Under the pieces are notes generated by a model. That model ran no database searches and was not told where the DNA came from. It was given only the letters and a program-made list of their open reading frames with translations. A stretch of 63,289 bases of DNA, counting the filler. It is 3 parts of 3 records of this genome, joined end to end, with 100 filler letters (N's around TTAATTAATTAA, not from the genome) between each part and the next. Parts side by side here need not be neighbours in the genome. Positions count along the whole stretch, not along the records: positions 1 to 18,304 come from SRR20825006_201; 2 more parts are not named here. One strand, written 5' to 3'. The translations under genes were made by a program, and so were the position numbers. Within the stretch, counting starts at the first letter, position 1, and each line of letters opens with the position of its first letter. Below, piece by piece: positions 1 through 9,727 of this stretch.

Positions 1-81
1 TTCGGTCTGGAGCCATTTCAGAATGATCGACGTATCAAGGCCGCCGGAATAGGCAAGAACGACTTTTTTGGGCGCAGACAT
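1..81 (-). CDS. argG: argininosuccinate synthase, N-terminal part (runs off the window start)
   Basis: Manual translation of the minus strand from ATG at 81 gives [27 protein letters not shown], containing the Arg[10 protein letters not shown] motif. Not in the ORF track. Confidence 0.93.
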
Positions 82-228
82 GAGACTTTCCTTTTTCGGA
101 TATCGCACGGGCGAGTATCGGGTTTTTCGCCCAAGAGCAAGGTTTCGCACTCAGTTCACTGTCAGAATGCTTTAGCTTCTGCCCGAAAAGTCCTAAACCA
201 TCCCCAAACACAGTCTCAAAGGGCGATC

Positions 229-981
229 ATGACCGGATTTCAATTGTTCCAACACGCTATTTTGCGTGTGTTCCGCAATCTCGACGAAGCATTGGCCGTT
301 TCTGGCTTGATTTGGATTGCCATTTTGGTTTGCCAGATCTTAGCTTTCGGGTCGTTAGATATGGAAGGCATGGCGGAAAGTGACGCACCCATGATGGGCG
401 GCTCATCCCTTTTCCTCATTCTTCTGTCCAATGTTGTGATGGCAATCGGCTCCTGTTGGGTCGCGGTTGAATGGCACCGCTATGTGCTTGAGGGCAAGCG
501 CCCGACATCCGCGTTTCCGTCGTGGAGCGGTTCGCGCGTTTGGGGGTATTTTGGTCTGTCCTTACTGATCGGCCTGTTGATTGGACTTTTCGTTGGTATT
601 TTGGCCGCTTTCTTGGTGTCTATTTTGGGATCACAGGGTGCTATGGTGCTTGGTGGTCTGTTCCTCATGGTCGTGATCGGCTTGCCAGCAATCTATGGAT
701 TTTTGCGGGTGTCCCCAGTTCTGCCCGCGATCGCATTGGGTGGGAAAATGCGATTTGCGGAGGCTTGGAGCGCTACCAAGCCGCACAGCGCCACAATTTT
801 GCAGGCAGCCATCCTCTCGATCGTCAGTTTGGTCGTGTTGCAAATTTTTGGCATGCTCTTTGGCAGCGGTTTGTTTGGGTTGATCTACGAACTGGTCACG
901 GGTTGGATCGTTTTGATGGTGAACGTCAGTCTTTTGTCCTCAATTTACGAGATTTCCATGCGAGGTCGGTTCGATGATTGA
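229..981 (+). CDS. hypothetical multi-pass membrane protein
   Basis: 250 aa with about 6 hydrophobic segments; overlaps the ilvA start. Confidence 0.75.
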   Translation: MTGFQLFQHAILRVFRNLDEALAVSGLIWIAILVCQILAFGSLDMEGMAESDAPMMGGSSLFLILLSNVVMAIGSCWVAVEWHRYVLEGKRPTSAFPSWSGSRVWGYFGLSLLIGLLIGLFVGILAAFLVSILGSQGAMVLGGLFLMVVIGLPAIYGFLRVSPVLPAIALGGKMRFAEAWSATKPHSATILQAAILSIVSLVVLQIFGMLFGSGLFGLIYELVTGWIVLMVNVSLLSSIYEISMRGRFDD

Positions 982-2224
982 TTGGACCAACTTTTCTGAC
1001 AAGGCATGTCAGGCCGAAGCCCGAGTGCGGCGCCTGTTTGAGCCGACGCCGTGTTTGCGCAATGATCATCTTTCGGTGGCCTATGGCGGTGACGTTTGGC
1101 TTAAGCGCGAAGACCTCACACCCGTGCGTTCCTATAAGTTGCGCGGGGCTTGGAATGCGATGGTCAAAGCGCGGGAAAAAGACCCAAGCATAGAGCTTTT
1201 CGTTTGTGCGTCTGCGGGCAATCACGCCCAAGGTGTCGCCTTTGCGTGCCGTGAATTTGGTGTGCGTGGGGTCATTTTTATGCCTGTGACGACACCGCAG
1301 CAGAAAATTGATAAAACCCGCGTGTTTGGTGCGGATATGGTCGAAATTCGCTTGGTTGGAGACTATTTTGACGACACTCTAGACGCCGCACGCACCTATT
1401 GTGAGGAGGAAGGCGGGCATTTTCTTTCGCCTTTCAACGATGCGGATGTGATTGAGGGACAAGCCACCGTTGCGGTGGAATTTATGGCGCAAATGACACC
1501 GGATGTTGTTGTGCTGCCGGTTGGAGGCGGCGGCCTTTCGTCGGGAGTCCTGTCATATCTTACAGAGGTTGCGCCACAGGTTGAGGTCTATTTTGTTGAG
1601 CCGTCAGGCGGACAATCTTTGGCCGCAGCTCTGGAGGCGGGCGAATTGGTGACGCTGAAAAATGTAGACAGCTTTGTCGATGGTGCCGCTGTTGCACGAA
1701 TTGGCGAAATCCCGTTCGAGGTGCTCAAAGACGTGTCGAAAGATCACGTTTTGTCCTGTCCAGAAGATCGGATTTGTTCGACGATGATCGAAATGCTGAA
1801 CGTGGAAGGGATCGTGCTTGAGCCCGCAGGGGCGCTATCGATTGATGCGCTTTGGGACATCCGAGAGCAGATTCGGGGCAAGCGCGTTTTGTGTGTCACA
1901 TCCGGCGGCAATTTTGATTTTGAACGTTTGCCAGAGGTCAAAGAACGGGCTCAGCGGTTCCGTAACCTCAAGAAATATTTCATTCTGCGTATGCCGCAGC
2001 GTCCCGGCGCGTTGCGTGATTTTTTGGACATGCTTGGCCCACAGGATGACATCGCGCGATTTGAGTATCTTAAAAAGTCGGCTCGAAATTTTGGATCTGT
2101 TTTGATCGGAATTGAGACGACGGACTCAAATAGCTTTGCGCATCTCTTTCAAAAGATGGATGATGCTGGCCTTGTCTACCGTGACATCACCAACGATCAG
2201 GCTTTGGCTGAATTCGTTCTTTGA
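974..2224 (+). CDS. ilvA: threonine dehydratase, biosynthetic (short regulatory domain)
   Basis: KREDL..VRSYKLRGA PLP-lysine motif, ASAGNHAQG, VGGGGL, and C-terminal PQRPGAL ACT-like domain. Confidence 0.95.
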   Translation: MIDWTNFSDKACQAEARVRRLFEPTPCLRNDHLSVAYGGDVWLKREDLTPVRSYKLRGAWNAMVKAREKDPSIELFVCASAGNHAQGVAFACREFGVRGVIFMPVTTPQQKIDKTRVFGADMVEIRLVGDYFDDTLDAARTYCEEEGGHFLSPFNDADVIEGQATVAVEFMAQMTPDVVVLPVGGGGLSSGVLSYLTEVAPQVEVYFVEPSGGQSLAAALEAGELVTLKNVDSFVDGAAVARIGEIPFEVLKDVSKDHVLSCPEDRICSTMIEMLNVEGIVLEPAGALSIDALWDIREQIRGKRVLCVTSGGNFDFERLPEVKERAQRFRNLKKYFILRMPQRPGALRDFLDMLGPQDDIARFEYLKKSARNFGSVLIGIETTDSNSFAHLFQKMDDAGLVYRDITNDQALAEFVL

Positions 2225-2234
2225 TCTCCCGTAT

Positions 2235-2555
2235 TTATGGGACAACTTTCGCCACAAAGGTGGTACGCGATTGTGCATAGGCATCAAAAATTTGGCCGAG
2301 ATCGACGGATTCGGCCTCTCCATTGCGCGCGGCGCGTTCTCCGGCGGCACAGAGGCTTGAAAACGCTGCAAACCCAAGATTAAGCGAACTGCCTTTGAGA
2401 AAATGCAAATCTTTCTCAACACTGGAGTGGGTTGGGTGATGTTTCATCCGCTCAATCACCTCATCCACCTCATCGAGAAAGAGATCGACAACTTCGCGAA
2501 AATCCTCGGCACCGACTTCATCACGCAGTTCGTCCACTCGCCTCCAATCAATCAT
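2235..2555 (-). CDS. Hpt (histidine phosphotransfer) domain protein
   Basis: LHFLKGSSLNLG Hpt motif; GGAG Shine-Dalgarno upstream. Confidence 0.9.
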   Translation of the reverse strand: MIDWRRVDELRDEVGAEDFREVVDLFLDEVDEVIERMKHHPTHSSVEKDLHFLKGSSLNLGFAAFSSLCAAGERAARNGEAESVDLGQIFDAYAQSRTTFVAKVVP

Positions 2556-2639
2556 GACGCTCTCCTTTTCCTAATGCATAAGAGATGAAGAATCTTAGCT
2601 TTAAGTAAGCGCGCCTCAATTATTCCAGAAAATTTTAGA

Positions 2640-2656
2640 TTTAAGGCCGCATTAAA
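2640..2656. promoter_or_regulatory. CtrA-type binding site (TTAA-N7-TTAA)
   Basis: tTTAAggccgcaTTAAa in the AT-rich divergent intergenic region between the Hpt and REC-PP2C genes. Confidence 0.7.
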
Positions 2657-2704
2657 CCGTGGGGTGCATTGTCCGATCAGAGCGCGCTTTTAAGGATTTT
2701 GATT

Positions 2705-3988
2705 TTGGCCATCGCACAAGAAAAACAAGCCTATCTTCAAGCCGTGCCAGAACGGGGTGTGGTCAACAACGTGTTGATTGTTGATGATTCCCGAGCTCAG
2801 AGGCGGATTCTATCGTCTTATCTCGGGCGCTGGGGCTACACTGTGTTTGAGGCGGGGTCCGGCGAAGAGGCGATGAACATTTGTCAAAGCGAAAGCATTG
2901 ATTTGATTGTCTCCGACTGGATGATGCCAGGGATGAGTGGGCTAGAATTTTGTCAATTATTTCGGCAACTTGATCGGGCGAACTATGGGTATTTCATCCT
3001 ATTGACTTCGAAATCCGATAAGACCGAGGTTGCACAGGGGTTGGATGTTGGGGCTGACGATTTTCTGACCAAACCCGTGGCGGGCGATGAATTGCTTGCG
3101 CGTATTCGTGCCGGGGAGCGTATTTTGCGGATGGAGCGAGAACTGACCGAAAAGAACCGGCTGGTCAGTTCCACATTGAAAGAAATATCTGACCTTTATG
3201 ATTCCCTCGACCGTGACCTTGTCGAAGCGCGCAAGTTGCAGCAATCACTCGTGCGGGAACGATTCCACGATTTTGAGACGGCTCAAATTTCGCTGCTTTT
3301 ACGTCCCAGCGGCCATGTTGGTGGCGATCTTGTTGGATTCTTCCCGATCAATGACCGGCAATTTGGCGTTTTTTCGATCGATGTTTCGGGCCATGGGATT
3401 GCATCAGCTTTGATGACAGCACGGCTTGCGGCCTACCTTACGGGGTCCACATCAGAGCAAAATCTCGCAATTCGATCCGATGAAATCGGCGGATATATTG
3501 CCGCAAGCCCTTCTGAGGCGGCTATGGCATTGAACCGCTTGATGTTGGAGGAAATGGAGACCGACCTCTATTTTACAATGATTCTTGGGCATTTTGATCG
3601 TTTCAGTGGCGAATTCGTTATGACGCAATGCGGTCACCCATACCCAATTGTTCAGCGCGCCAATGGGGACATATCCTTTTTTGGCGATGGCGGATTGCCC
3701 GTCGGTCTGATCCCTTTCGCCGCTTACGAGGATGTTCACATGAAATTGTCTCCCGGCGACAGGATTTTACTGTTTTCCGATGGGGTCACGGAATGTCCCG
3801 ATGGTGGCGATGGTATGCTCGGTGAAGAGGGGTTGGTCGAAATGTGCAAAAAAGTTGCCACTGAAACGGGCAACGCGTTTTTTGACACGTTCCTTTGGGA
3901 TTTGAACGATTTCAACAACGATCAGGATTTCCCTGACGACATCTCTGCCATTTTGCTCGAATATCCCGGAGGGGTCGCTAAAGAATAG
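2705..3988 (+). CDS. response regulator receiver + PP2C/SpoIIE phosphatase (RsbU/RbaY-like)
   Basis: REC domain (IVDDS, SDWMMP, DDFLTKP) followed by PP2C motifs GGD, DVSGHG, FSDGVTE, DDIS. Start uncertain (2669, 2705 or 2759). Confidence 0.9.
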   Translation: MAIAQEKQAYLQAVPERGVVNNVLIVDDSRAQRRILSSYLGRWGYTVFEAGSGEEAMNICQSESIDLIVSDWMMPGMSGLEFCQLFRQLDRANYGYFILLTSKSDKTEVAQGLDVGADDFLTKPVAGDELLARIRAGERILRMERELTEKNRLVSSTLKEISDLYDSLDRDLVEARKLQQSLVRERFHDFETAQISLLLRPSGHVGGDLVGFFPINDRQFGVFSIDVSGHGIASALMTARLAAYLTGSTSEQNLAIRSDEIGGYIAASPSEAAMALNRLMLEEMETDLYFTMILGHFDRFSGEFVMTQCGHPYPIVQRANGDISFFGDGGLPVGLIPFAAYEDVHMKLSPGDRILLFSDGVTECPDGGDGMLGEEGLVEMCKKVATETGNAFFDTFLWDLNDFNNDQDFPDDISAILLEYPGGVAKE

Positions 3989-4409
3989 TGTTCAGTAAAT
4001 CCCGCTCACCTGGATTCCCAAGCAGGAGCGAGGCCTCTTTGGTTGAAACCCAGTGCGCAGAGTGATCTGGTTCGGGCGGCTCAGAAAGCTGTCTGACCGG
4101 AAAAGCCCGATAAATCCGACAAATTTTTTCTGCCCACATGTCATACTCAGGCATATATACGAAACGTCGAAAAGACCTGATGAAGGTTGGGGAGGCGATG
4201 CGCCAGCCGGTTTCTTCAAAGACCTCGCGATGAAGCGCTGCAATGGGGCTTTCCCCCGGATCAATGCCGCCTCCGGGAAATTGAAACTCGTGGTGAATCC
4301 CGCCTTGGTACGTCAACAATACGCGCTCATTGCGGGACAATAGAGCGTAAACGCCAGGTCGAGCACGGTAGGTTTGCCCAAAAACTTTCGATTCTCCGTA
4401 GCGCCGCAT
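3978..4409 (-). CDS. NUDIX hydrolase
   Basis: Nudix box GGIDPGESPIAALHREVFEETG. Confidence 0.88.
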   Translation of the reverse strand: MRRYGESKVFGQTYRARPGVYALLSRNERVLLTYQGGIHHEFQFPGGGIDPGESPIAALHREVFEETGWRIASPTFIRSFRRFVYMPEYDMWAEKICRIYRAFPVRQLSEPPEPDHSAHWVSTKEASLLLGNPGERDLLNTIL

Positions 4410-4487
4410 CGTGTTCCACCTTCCTTCGGCGGTTGTTCCACCTATATGAACACGATATGTCAGCGCCGAACCTCAAGGAAAGCACAA

Positions 4488-5489
4488 ATGATCGGATCGA
4501 AAATCGCATGGGATGACACCGTTCTCCCGTTTCAACTGGATGCATCCGACATCCGGGGTCGTGTCGCGCGTCTTGACGGGGTTTTGGACCGCGTTTTGTC
4601 GCAACACAATTATCCGCCTGAAATAGAAGCGCTGGTCGCTGAGATTGCATTGCTGACCGCAATGATTGGTCAGACCATCAAATTGCGTTGGAAACTCTCT
4701 CTGCAAGTGCGCGGGGATGGTCCGGCTCGGTTGATCGCCACCGACTATTACGCGCCCGAAAAGGATGGCGCGCCGGGGCGCATTCGGGCCTATGCCTCCT
4801 ATGATGCCGAGCGCCTTCAGCCCGGTGTTGATCCGTTTTCGCAAATTGGCAAAGGCTATTTTGCCATCCTGATTGACCAAGGCAGCGGTACCACGCCCTA
4901 TCAAGGCATCACGCCGATCGCCGGTGGGTCTTTGTCGTCTTGCGCGGAAACTTATTTTGCCCAGTCCGAGCAACTGCCGACGCAGTTTTCGACCTCCTTT
5001 GGCAAATCGCGCCTATCGGGCGAAACCGAATCTTGGCGTGCGGGCGGCATCATGCTGCAAAAAATGCCGAAAGCGTCACCCTTCGCCGCACCTTTGGAGG
5101 GCGCAGAAGAGCAAAGCCTTTTGAAGCCCGCCGACATTCTGGCCGAGGATGATTTGGAGGACTGGAACCGCGCCAATATTCTTTTGAGTACCGTTGAGGA
5201 GATGGAACTTATCGGTCCGCGCGTTCAGCCCACCGATCTTCTTGTCCGCCTGTTTCACGAAGAGCAGCCCCGGGTTTTTGACCCGCAGCCCGTCGCTTTT
5301 GGCTGTAACTGCTCCGAGGATCGCGTGCGCAACAGCCTGTCGATGTACTCCGCGAAGGACATCCGGCATATGACAACGGAGGAGGGGACGGTGACTGCCG
5401 ACTGCCAATTCTGTGGCGAGCATTACATTCTCGATCCAAAAACAGTTGGCTTCGATGCGGAGGTTAAGCCGGATGGAACCACCGATTGA
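4488..5489 (+). CDS. hslO: Hsp33 redox-regulated chaperone
   Basis: C-terminal zinc motif CNCS...CQFC plus YFAQSEQ. ATG at 4488 follows AAGGA. Confidence 0.93.
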   Translation: MIGSKIAWDDTVLPFQLDASDIRGRVARLDGVLDRVLSQHNYPPEIEALVAEIALLTAMIGQTIKLRWKLSLQVRGDGPARLIATDYYAPEKDGAPGRIRAYASYDAERLQPGVDPFSQIGKGYFAILIDQGSGTTPYQGITPIAGGSLSSCAETYFAQSEQLPTQFSTSFGKSRLSGETESWRAGGIMLQKMPKASPFAAPLEGAEEQSLLKPADILAEDDLEDWNRANILLSTVEEMELIGPRVQPTDLLVRLFHEEQPRVFDPQPVAFGCNCSEDRVRNSLSMYSAKDIRHMTTEEGTVTADCQFCGEHYILDPKTVGFDAEVKPDGTTD

Positions 5490-6075
5490 TCGCACCACAC
5501 TTGAGGCGGCGCTCCACATGTCTGGCGCGCCGTCGTCAGATTTTGATCTGAATCCGGATTTTTCGGGCGCTGTGACGGGTGATTTGCGGGCGGCCGGTGT
5601 GTTGATCCCCATCATGGATCATCCCAAGGGGCCGAGGCTTGTGCTGACCAAACGTTCATCCGCACTCAAACATCATCCGGGTCAGATTGCATTCCCAGGT
5701 GGCCGGGTGGACCCGACAGATTTGGACCCGATTGACGCAGCCCTTCGCGAATCTGAAGAAGAGATCGGACTGCCGCGTCAGATTGTTGATGTTATTGGAA
5801 CTTTGCCCACCCATGAAACCGTGACGCGGTTTCAGATATATCCAGTTTTAGGCTGGATTAGAGATGATTTTGTGCCCATCGCCGAGCCGGGCGAAGTCTC
5901 GGAAATTTTCACTGTTCCCATGAACCACGTTCTTAACGTAGATAATTTCAATGTGCAGTCGCGCCTATGGCGCGGACAAAAGCGGTCGTTTTTCACCGTG
6001 CCTTACGGCCCTTACTATATCTGGGGTGCCACGGCGCGCATTTTACGCGGACTGGCGGATCGGGTGCAATTGTGA
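5473..6075 (+). CDS. CoA pyrophosphatase (NUDIX, NudL-like)
   Basis: LTKRS..L..HPGQIAFPGG, ALRESEEEIG and IWGATA motifs. Confidence 0.9.
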   Translation: MEPPIDRTTLEAALHMSGAPSSDFDLNPDFSGAVTGDLRAAGVLIPIMDHPKGPRLVLTKRSSALKHHPGQIAFPGGRVDPTDLDPIDAALRESEEEIGLPRQIVDVIGTLPTHETVTRFQIYPVLGWIRDDFVPIAEPGEVSEIFTVPMNHVLNVDNFNVQSRLWRGQKRSFFTVPYGPYYIWGATARILRGLADRVQL

Positions 6076-7226
6076 CCAAACTTACAGCGTCTTGGCTCAA
6101 AAGTGCGGGAGCACACCAAGTGATGGCGCTGTTCTCCGATATTGGAGAGCCAGCATATTTTGTTGGGGGGTGTGTCAGGAACAGCCTATTTGGTGTTCCT
6201 GTCAGTGATTTGGATATTTCGACACCAGTGCGACCCGAACTCATCTTAAACTTGGCACAAAAGGCCGGATTAAAAGTTATTCCAACCGGGATTGAGCACG
6301 GTACGGTCACGGTGATCGCGGAGGGCGAACCGTTTGAAATCACAACCTTTCGCAAAGATGTGGAGACGGATGGACGTCGCGCTGTCGTCGCATTTTCGAC
6401 TCACATGGAAGATGACGCGCGGCGACGTGATTTTACGATGAATGCGATATATGCCGACGCGACAGGAACGATCATTGACCCGCTTGGCGGGTTACCCGAT
6501 CTGCGCGCTGGGCGTGTCCGCTTTATTGATAATCCTGATCTTCGGATCAAAGAGGACTATCTCCGCATTCTCCGGTTCTTTCGGTTTTATGCGTGGTATG
6601 GTGATCATTCTGCCGGATTAGACCCTGATGGCTTGGCGGCTTGTGCAACACATCTTGATGGATTGGCAACACTGTCGCGGGAGCGTGTTGGGGCGGAGAT
6701 CATCAAGCTGTTGTCTGCCCCGTCGCCGGATCAGGCCATTGGCGCAATGGACCAATCTGGGGTTTTGAACACCCTTCTGCCGGGGGCGTCAACCAAAGCG
6801 TTCTTCCTTTTGACCTCTTTTGAAACACATCCAGACCCGATCCTGCGTCTTGCGGCGCTGGGCGATTTTGATGTGGCTGGTCTTTTGCGGTTGTCCAGGG
6901 CGCAATGCCGCCGATATGCGACCTATCGAGAGTGTGCGGTGGGACCGAGTGGGCTTGCAGAGATCGCCTATCGTGAAAATGCGGATATTGCGCGCGCCGT
7001 GTCATGTCTTAGGGCGGCATTTTTTGAACAGCCGGTTTCTCAGGACGCGGCGGTTGAAATCGCCAAAGGAGCTACAGCGATTTTCCCGCTGGTGGCATCA
7101 GATTTGATACCAGAACTGACGGGTCCTGCGCTTGGTGCCGCCTTGAAAGCAGCGGAACAGGCGTGGATTGAAAGTGGATTTACGCTGGATCGGCATGCCT
7201 TGATAAAGCGGGCAAAGGATACGTGA
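6072..7226 (+). CDS. cca: CCA tRNA nucleotidyltransferase
   Basis: VGGCVR, DLD, EITTFR, RRDFTMNA, EDYLRILR. GTG start overlaps the upstream stop codon. Confidence 0.92.
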   Translation: MTKLTASWLKSAGAHQVMALFSDIGEPAYFVGGCVRNSLFGVPVSDLDISTPVRPELILNLAQKAGLKVIPTGIEHGTVTVIAEGEPFEITTFRKDVETDGRRAVVAFSTHMEDDARRRDFTMNAIYADATGTIIDPLGGLPDLRAGRVRFIDNPDLRIKEDYLRILRFFRFYAWYGDHSAGLDPDGLAACATHLDGLATLSRERVGAEIIKLLSAPSPDQAIGAMDQSGVLNTLLPGASTKAFFLLTSFETHPDPILRLAALGDFDVAGLLRLSRAQCRRYATYRECAVGPSGLAEIAYRENADIARAVSCLRAAFFEQPVSQDAAVEIAKGATAIFPLVASDLIPELTGPALGAALKAAEQAWIESGFTLDRHALIKRAKDT

Positions 7227-7227
7227 T

Positions 7228-8445
7228 ATGACTCAGTTCGAAGTTGTCCGGCTTGGACATAAAGGTGACGGAATCACCAAGGACGGCGTGTTTGTGCCAC
7301 ATGCGCTTCCGGGTGAGGTTGTGGAGGGTGATGTTGAAAACGACCGGGTGATCCATGGTCGGATCATCACCTCATCTCCCGCTCGGGTTACACCCGCCTG
7401 CCGTCATTACAAGGCGTGCGGCGGTTGCGCGCTTCAACATGCCTCAGACGAATTCGTTGCCGACTGGAAGCGTGAAATCGTGGCAACCGCCCTCAAAAAT
7501 CATGGTATTTCGGCTGGGTTGGAGACGATCCATACGTCGCCCTCCTGCAGCCGCAGGCGTGCAGTGTTTCATGGGCGACGGACAAAAAAGAGTGTCATGG
7601 TTGGCCTTTATGGCCGTGCGTCTGACAGCTTGGTTCCGGTGCCTGACTGCATCCTGATGACCCCGGAGATCATGTCCGCCTATGGCGCGCTTGAACGGTT
7701 GGTTCAACTCGGGGCCTCGCGTCGCGGCGAAATGAACCTCGCGGTGATCGCAACGGAAACAGGTCTTGATGTGTCCGTGGAGAATGGCAAGCCGCTCGAT
7801 ATGGATCTGAGGATTGATCTTGGTCAAGTCGTACGTGAACAAAGGTTTTCACGACTGTCTTGGAATGGCGAAGATGTAGCGGGCGAAGCGCCGGCCTATC
7901 TGCGTTTTGGCAAAGCGCGGGTCGTGCCACCCGCCGGCGCCTTTCTTCAGGCGACCGCAGCAGGTGAGGCCGCGCTTGTTCGGGCGATGCGCCGGGCCGT
8001 TGGCGATGCGCGCCGCGTCATTGACCTTTTTGCAGGCTGTGGGACGTTTTCCTTACCTTGTGCGGAGACAGCTGAGGTTCATGCCGTGGAAGGCGTGAGC
8101 GAGATGCTTGACGCGTTGAGCAAAGGGTGGCGACAGGCCGAGGGCCTCAAACGCGTAACTGTTGAGACCCGTGACTTGTTCCGACAGCCGATTCGCGCCG
8201 ACGAACTCAATCGGTTTGACGCGGCGATCATTGATCCACCACGACCGGGGGCTGCCGCGCAGTGTGATGAGATCGCCAAAAGCGCGCTGAAAACCGTTGG
8301 TTTCGTGTCATGTAACCCGATCACATTCGCGCGAGACGCAAAAACACTGACCGATGCGGGCTTTGTTTTGGACTGGATTGAGGTGATTGATCAGTTTCGA
8401 TGGTCGACTCACGTCGAAATCGCGGCGCGATTCTTGCGCGTTTAG
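7228..8445 (+). CDS. TrmA/RlmD-family RNA (uracil-5) methyltransferase
   Basis: C..CGGC Fe-S motif, FLQ, DLFAGCG, DPPR, VSCNP, DQF..S.HVE. Confidence 0.9.
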   Translation: MTQFEVVRLGHKGDGITKDGVFVPHALPGEVVEGDVENDRVIHGRIITSSPARVTPACRHYKACGGCALQHASDEFVADWKREIVATALKNHGISAGLETIHTSPSCSRRRAVFHGRRTKKSVMVGLYGRASDSLVPVPDCILMTPEIMSAYGALERLVQLGASRRGEMNLAVIATETGLDVSVENGKPLDMDLRIDLGQVVREQRFSRLSWNGEDVAGEAPAYLRFGKARVVPPAGAFLQATAAGEAALVRAMRRAVGDARRVIDLFAGCGTFSLPCAETAEVHAVEGVSEMLDALSKGWRQAEGLKRVTVETRDLFRQPIRADELNRFDAAIIDPPRPGAAAQCDEIAKSALKTVGFVSCNPITFARDAKTLTDAGFVLDWIEVIDQFRWSTHVEIAARFLRV

Positions 8446-8515
8446 AGCAATCAAATCATTGGCCTGATCACCCAAATCGGTGTATCCAGCGGAAAACACA
8501 AATCGAGTAGACCCA

Positions 8516-9016
8516 ATGGATCGGCGGACTTTTTTAGCATCAACTGTGGCAGCCATTGTGCTGCCATTCGGCGTTTTGGCGCGCGAACTCAGGACCTATT
8601 CCGGGCCTGAAGTCACCCGGATTGTGATCTACAAGGGGCGCCGCAAAATGTACCTCATGCATGGGGCAAAGGTGCTCAAAAAGTATCGGATCGGAATTGG
8701 CGGAAATCCGGTTGGACCCAAGCAATTCGAAGGCGACAGTAAGACCCCGGAAGGCAGCTATATCATAGATCGGCGCAACCCGAATTCAGCTTACCATCTG
8801 TCTTTGGGGATTTCGTATCCGAACCAAAGAGATGAAGCATACGCCGCGTCGATGGGGCGGCGTCCGGGGGGGGATATTTTTATTCATGGACGGGCCGGCG
8901 AAAACCGGGGCAAGGGCCGCGACTGGACCGCGGGCTGTATCTCGGTTTCCGATCGCAATATTGAGAAAATCTACATGATGGTGCAAGATGGCACTCAGGT
9001 AGATATTTTTCCGTAA
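8516..9016 (+). CDS. YkuD-fold protein of the YafK/DpaA-like subfamily, Tat signal
   Basis: DRRTFL Tat motif; K.FEGD.KTPEG.Y, SYPN and GGDIFIHG...WTAGC motifs. Confidence 0.85.
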   Translation: MDRRTFLASTVAAIVLPFGVLARELRTYSGPEVTRIVIYKGRRKMYLMHGAKVLKKYRIGIGGNPVGPKQFEGDSKTPEGSYIIDRRNPNSAYHLSLGISYPNQRDEAYAASMGRRPGGDIFIHGRAGENRGKGRDWTAGCISVSDRNIEKIYMMVQDGTQVDIFP

Positions 9017-9026
9017 TTTCAGATAA

Positions 9027-9560
9027 TTATAGGCCTGAAAACTGAGATGGATTGGCTCCGATCAAGAGGGTCCACCACAGTTTTCCATTCTCTTCTTGAT
9101 ACCAGGCAAAGCCGATATCCGTTGCGCGCGGATCAAGAATGATATCGCGGGTGTCGGATTGCTCCATCCAGGCGGACAGGGTTTCAAGTTCGGTTTCGTA
9201 GGTTTCTGAAATATTTTCACCAAGCATCAAGCCGGTGTAGCCGGAACGGTTGACCCGATCGAGCGGCGAGGAGCCGTCAGAGCCGAAATGCCAGGGACGG
9301 TTTTGGACATGCATGTCACGCGAATGGGTCGCGGCGGCAGCGTTTAGATTGGCGTTGAGTTGAACGGGGGAGGTCCCGGCGGCGGCGCGCAGCGCGTTGA
9401 TCGAATCAAGGATGTGGTATTGAATCTTTGCTTCGTCCCGAGCGTGGATTCGATACAGCCGGGGCAAGGGCTTGCCATCGAGCCCAAGTCGTTCGGTCGG
9501 CGCGTCGCAGGCGGAGAGACCAACAAGGGCCATCATAAGGACAGCAATAATGCGAGACAT
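9027..9560 (-). CDS. CAP/SCP domain lipoprotein
   Basis: Lipobox LSAC; IN..R, HSRDM, H.GSDGS and GENI CAP motifs. Confidence 0.88.
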   Translation of the reverse strand: MSRIIAVLMMALVGLSACDAPTERLGLDGKPLPRLYRIHARDEAKIQYHILDSINALRAAAGTSPVQLNANLNAAAATHSRDMHVQNRPWHFGSDGSSPLDRVNRSGYTGLMLGENISETYETELETLSAWMEQSDTRDIILDPRATDIGFAWYQEENGKLWWTLLIGANPSQFSGL

Positions 9561-9727
9561 TCAGACACTCCAAAAACTTTGTCTTGATGACCTAGACCCT
9601 TTGATTGCCGGGATCAAATCCTGTTCGCAACTTTTTGCTATGAATGATTGTTTGATTTGCGACTGAGGCAATCGCGCCATATAAAGGCAAGGTACACGCG
9701 TTCACATTACATGACTGGCTTCGTTCA

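Noticed and set aside
9600-9618. TTTGAT-N7-ATCAAA as an FNR/FnrL box
   Set aside because: FNR needs TTGAT-N4-ATCAA and the spacing is wrong; no other support.
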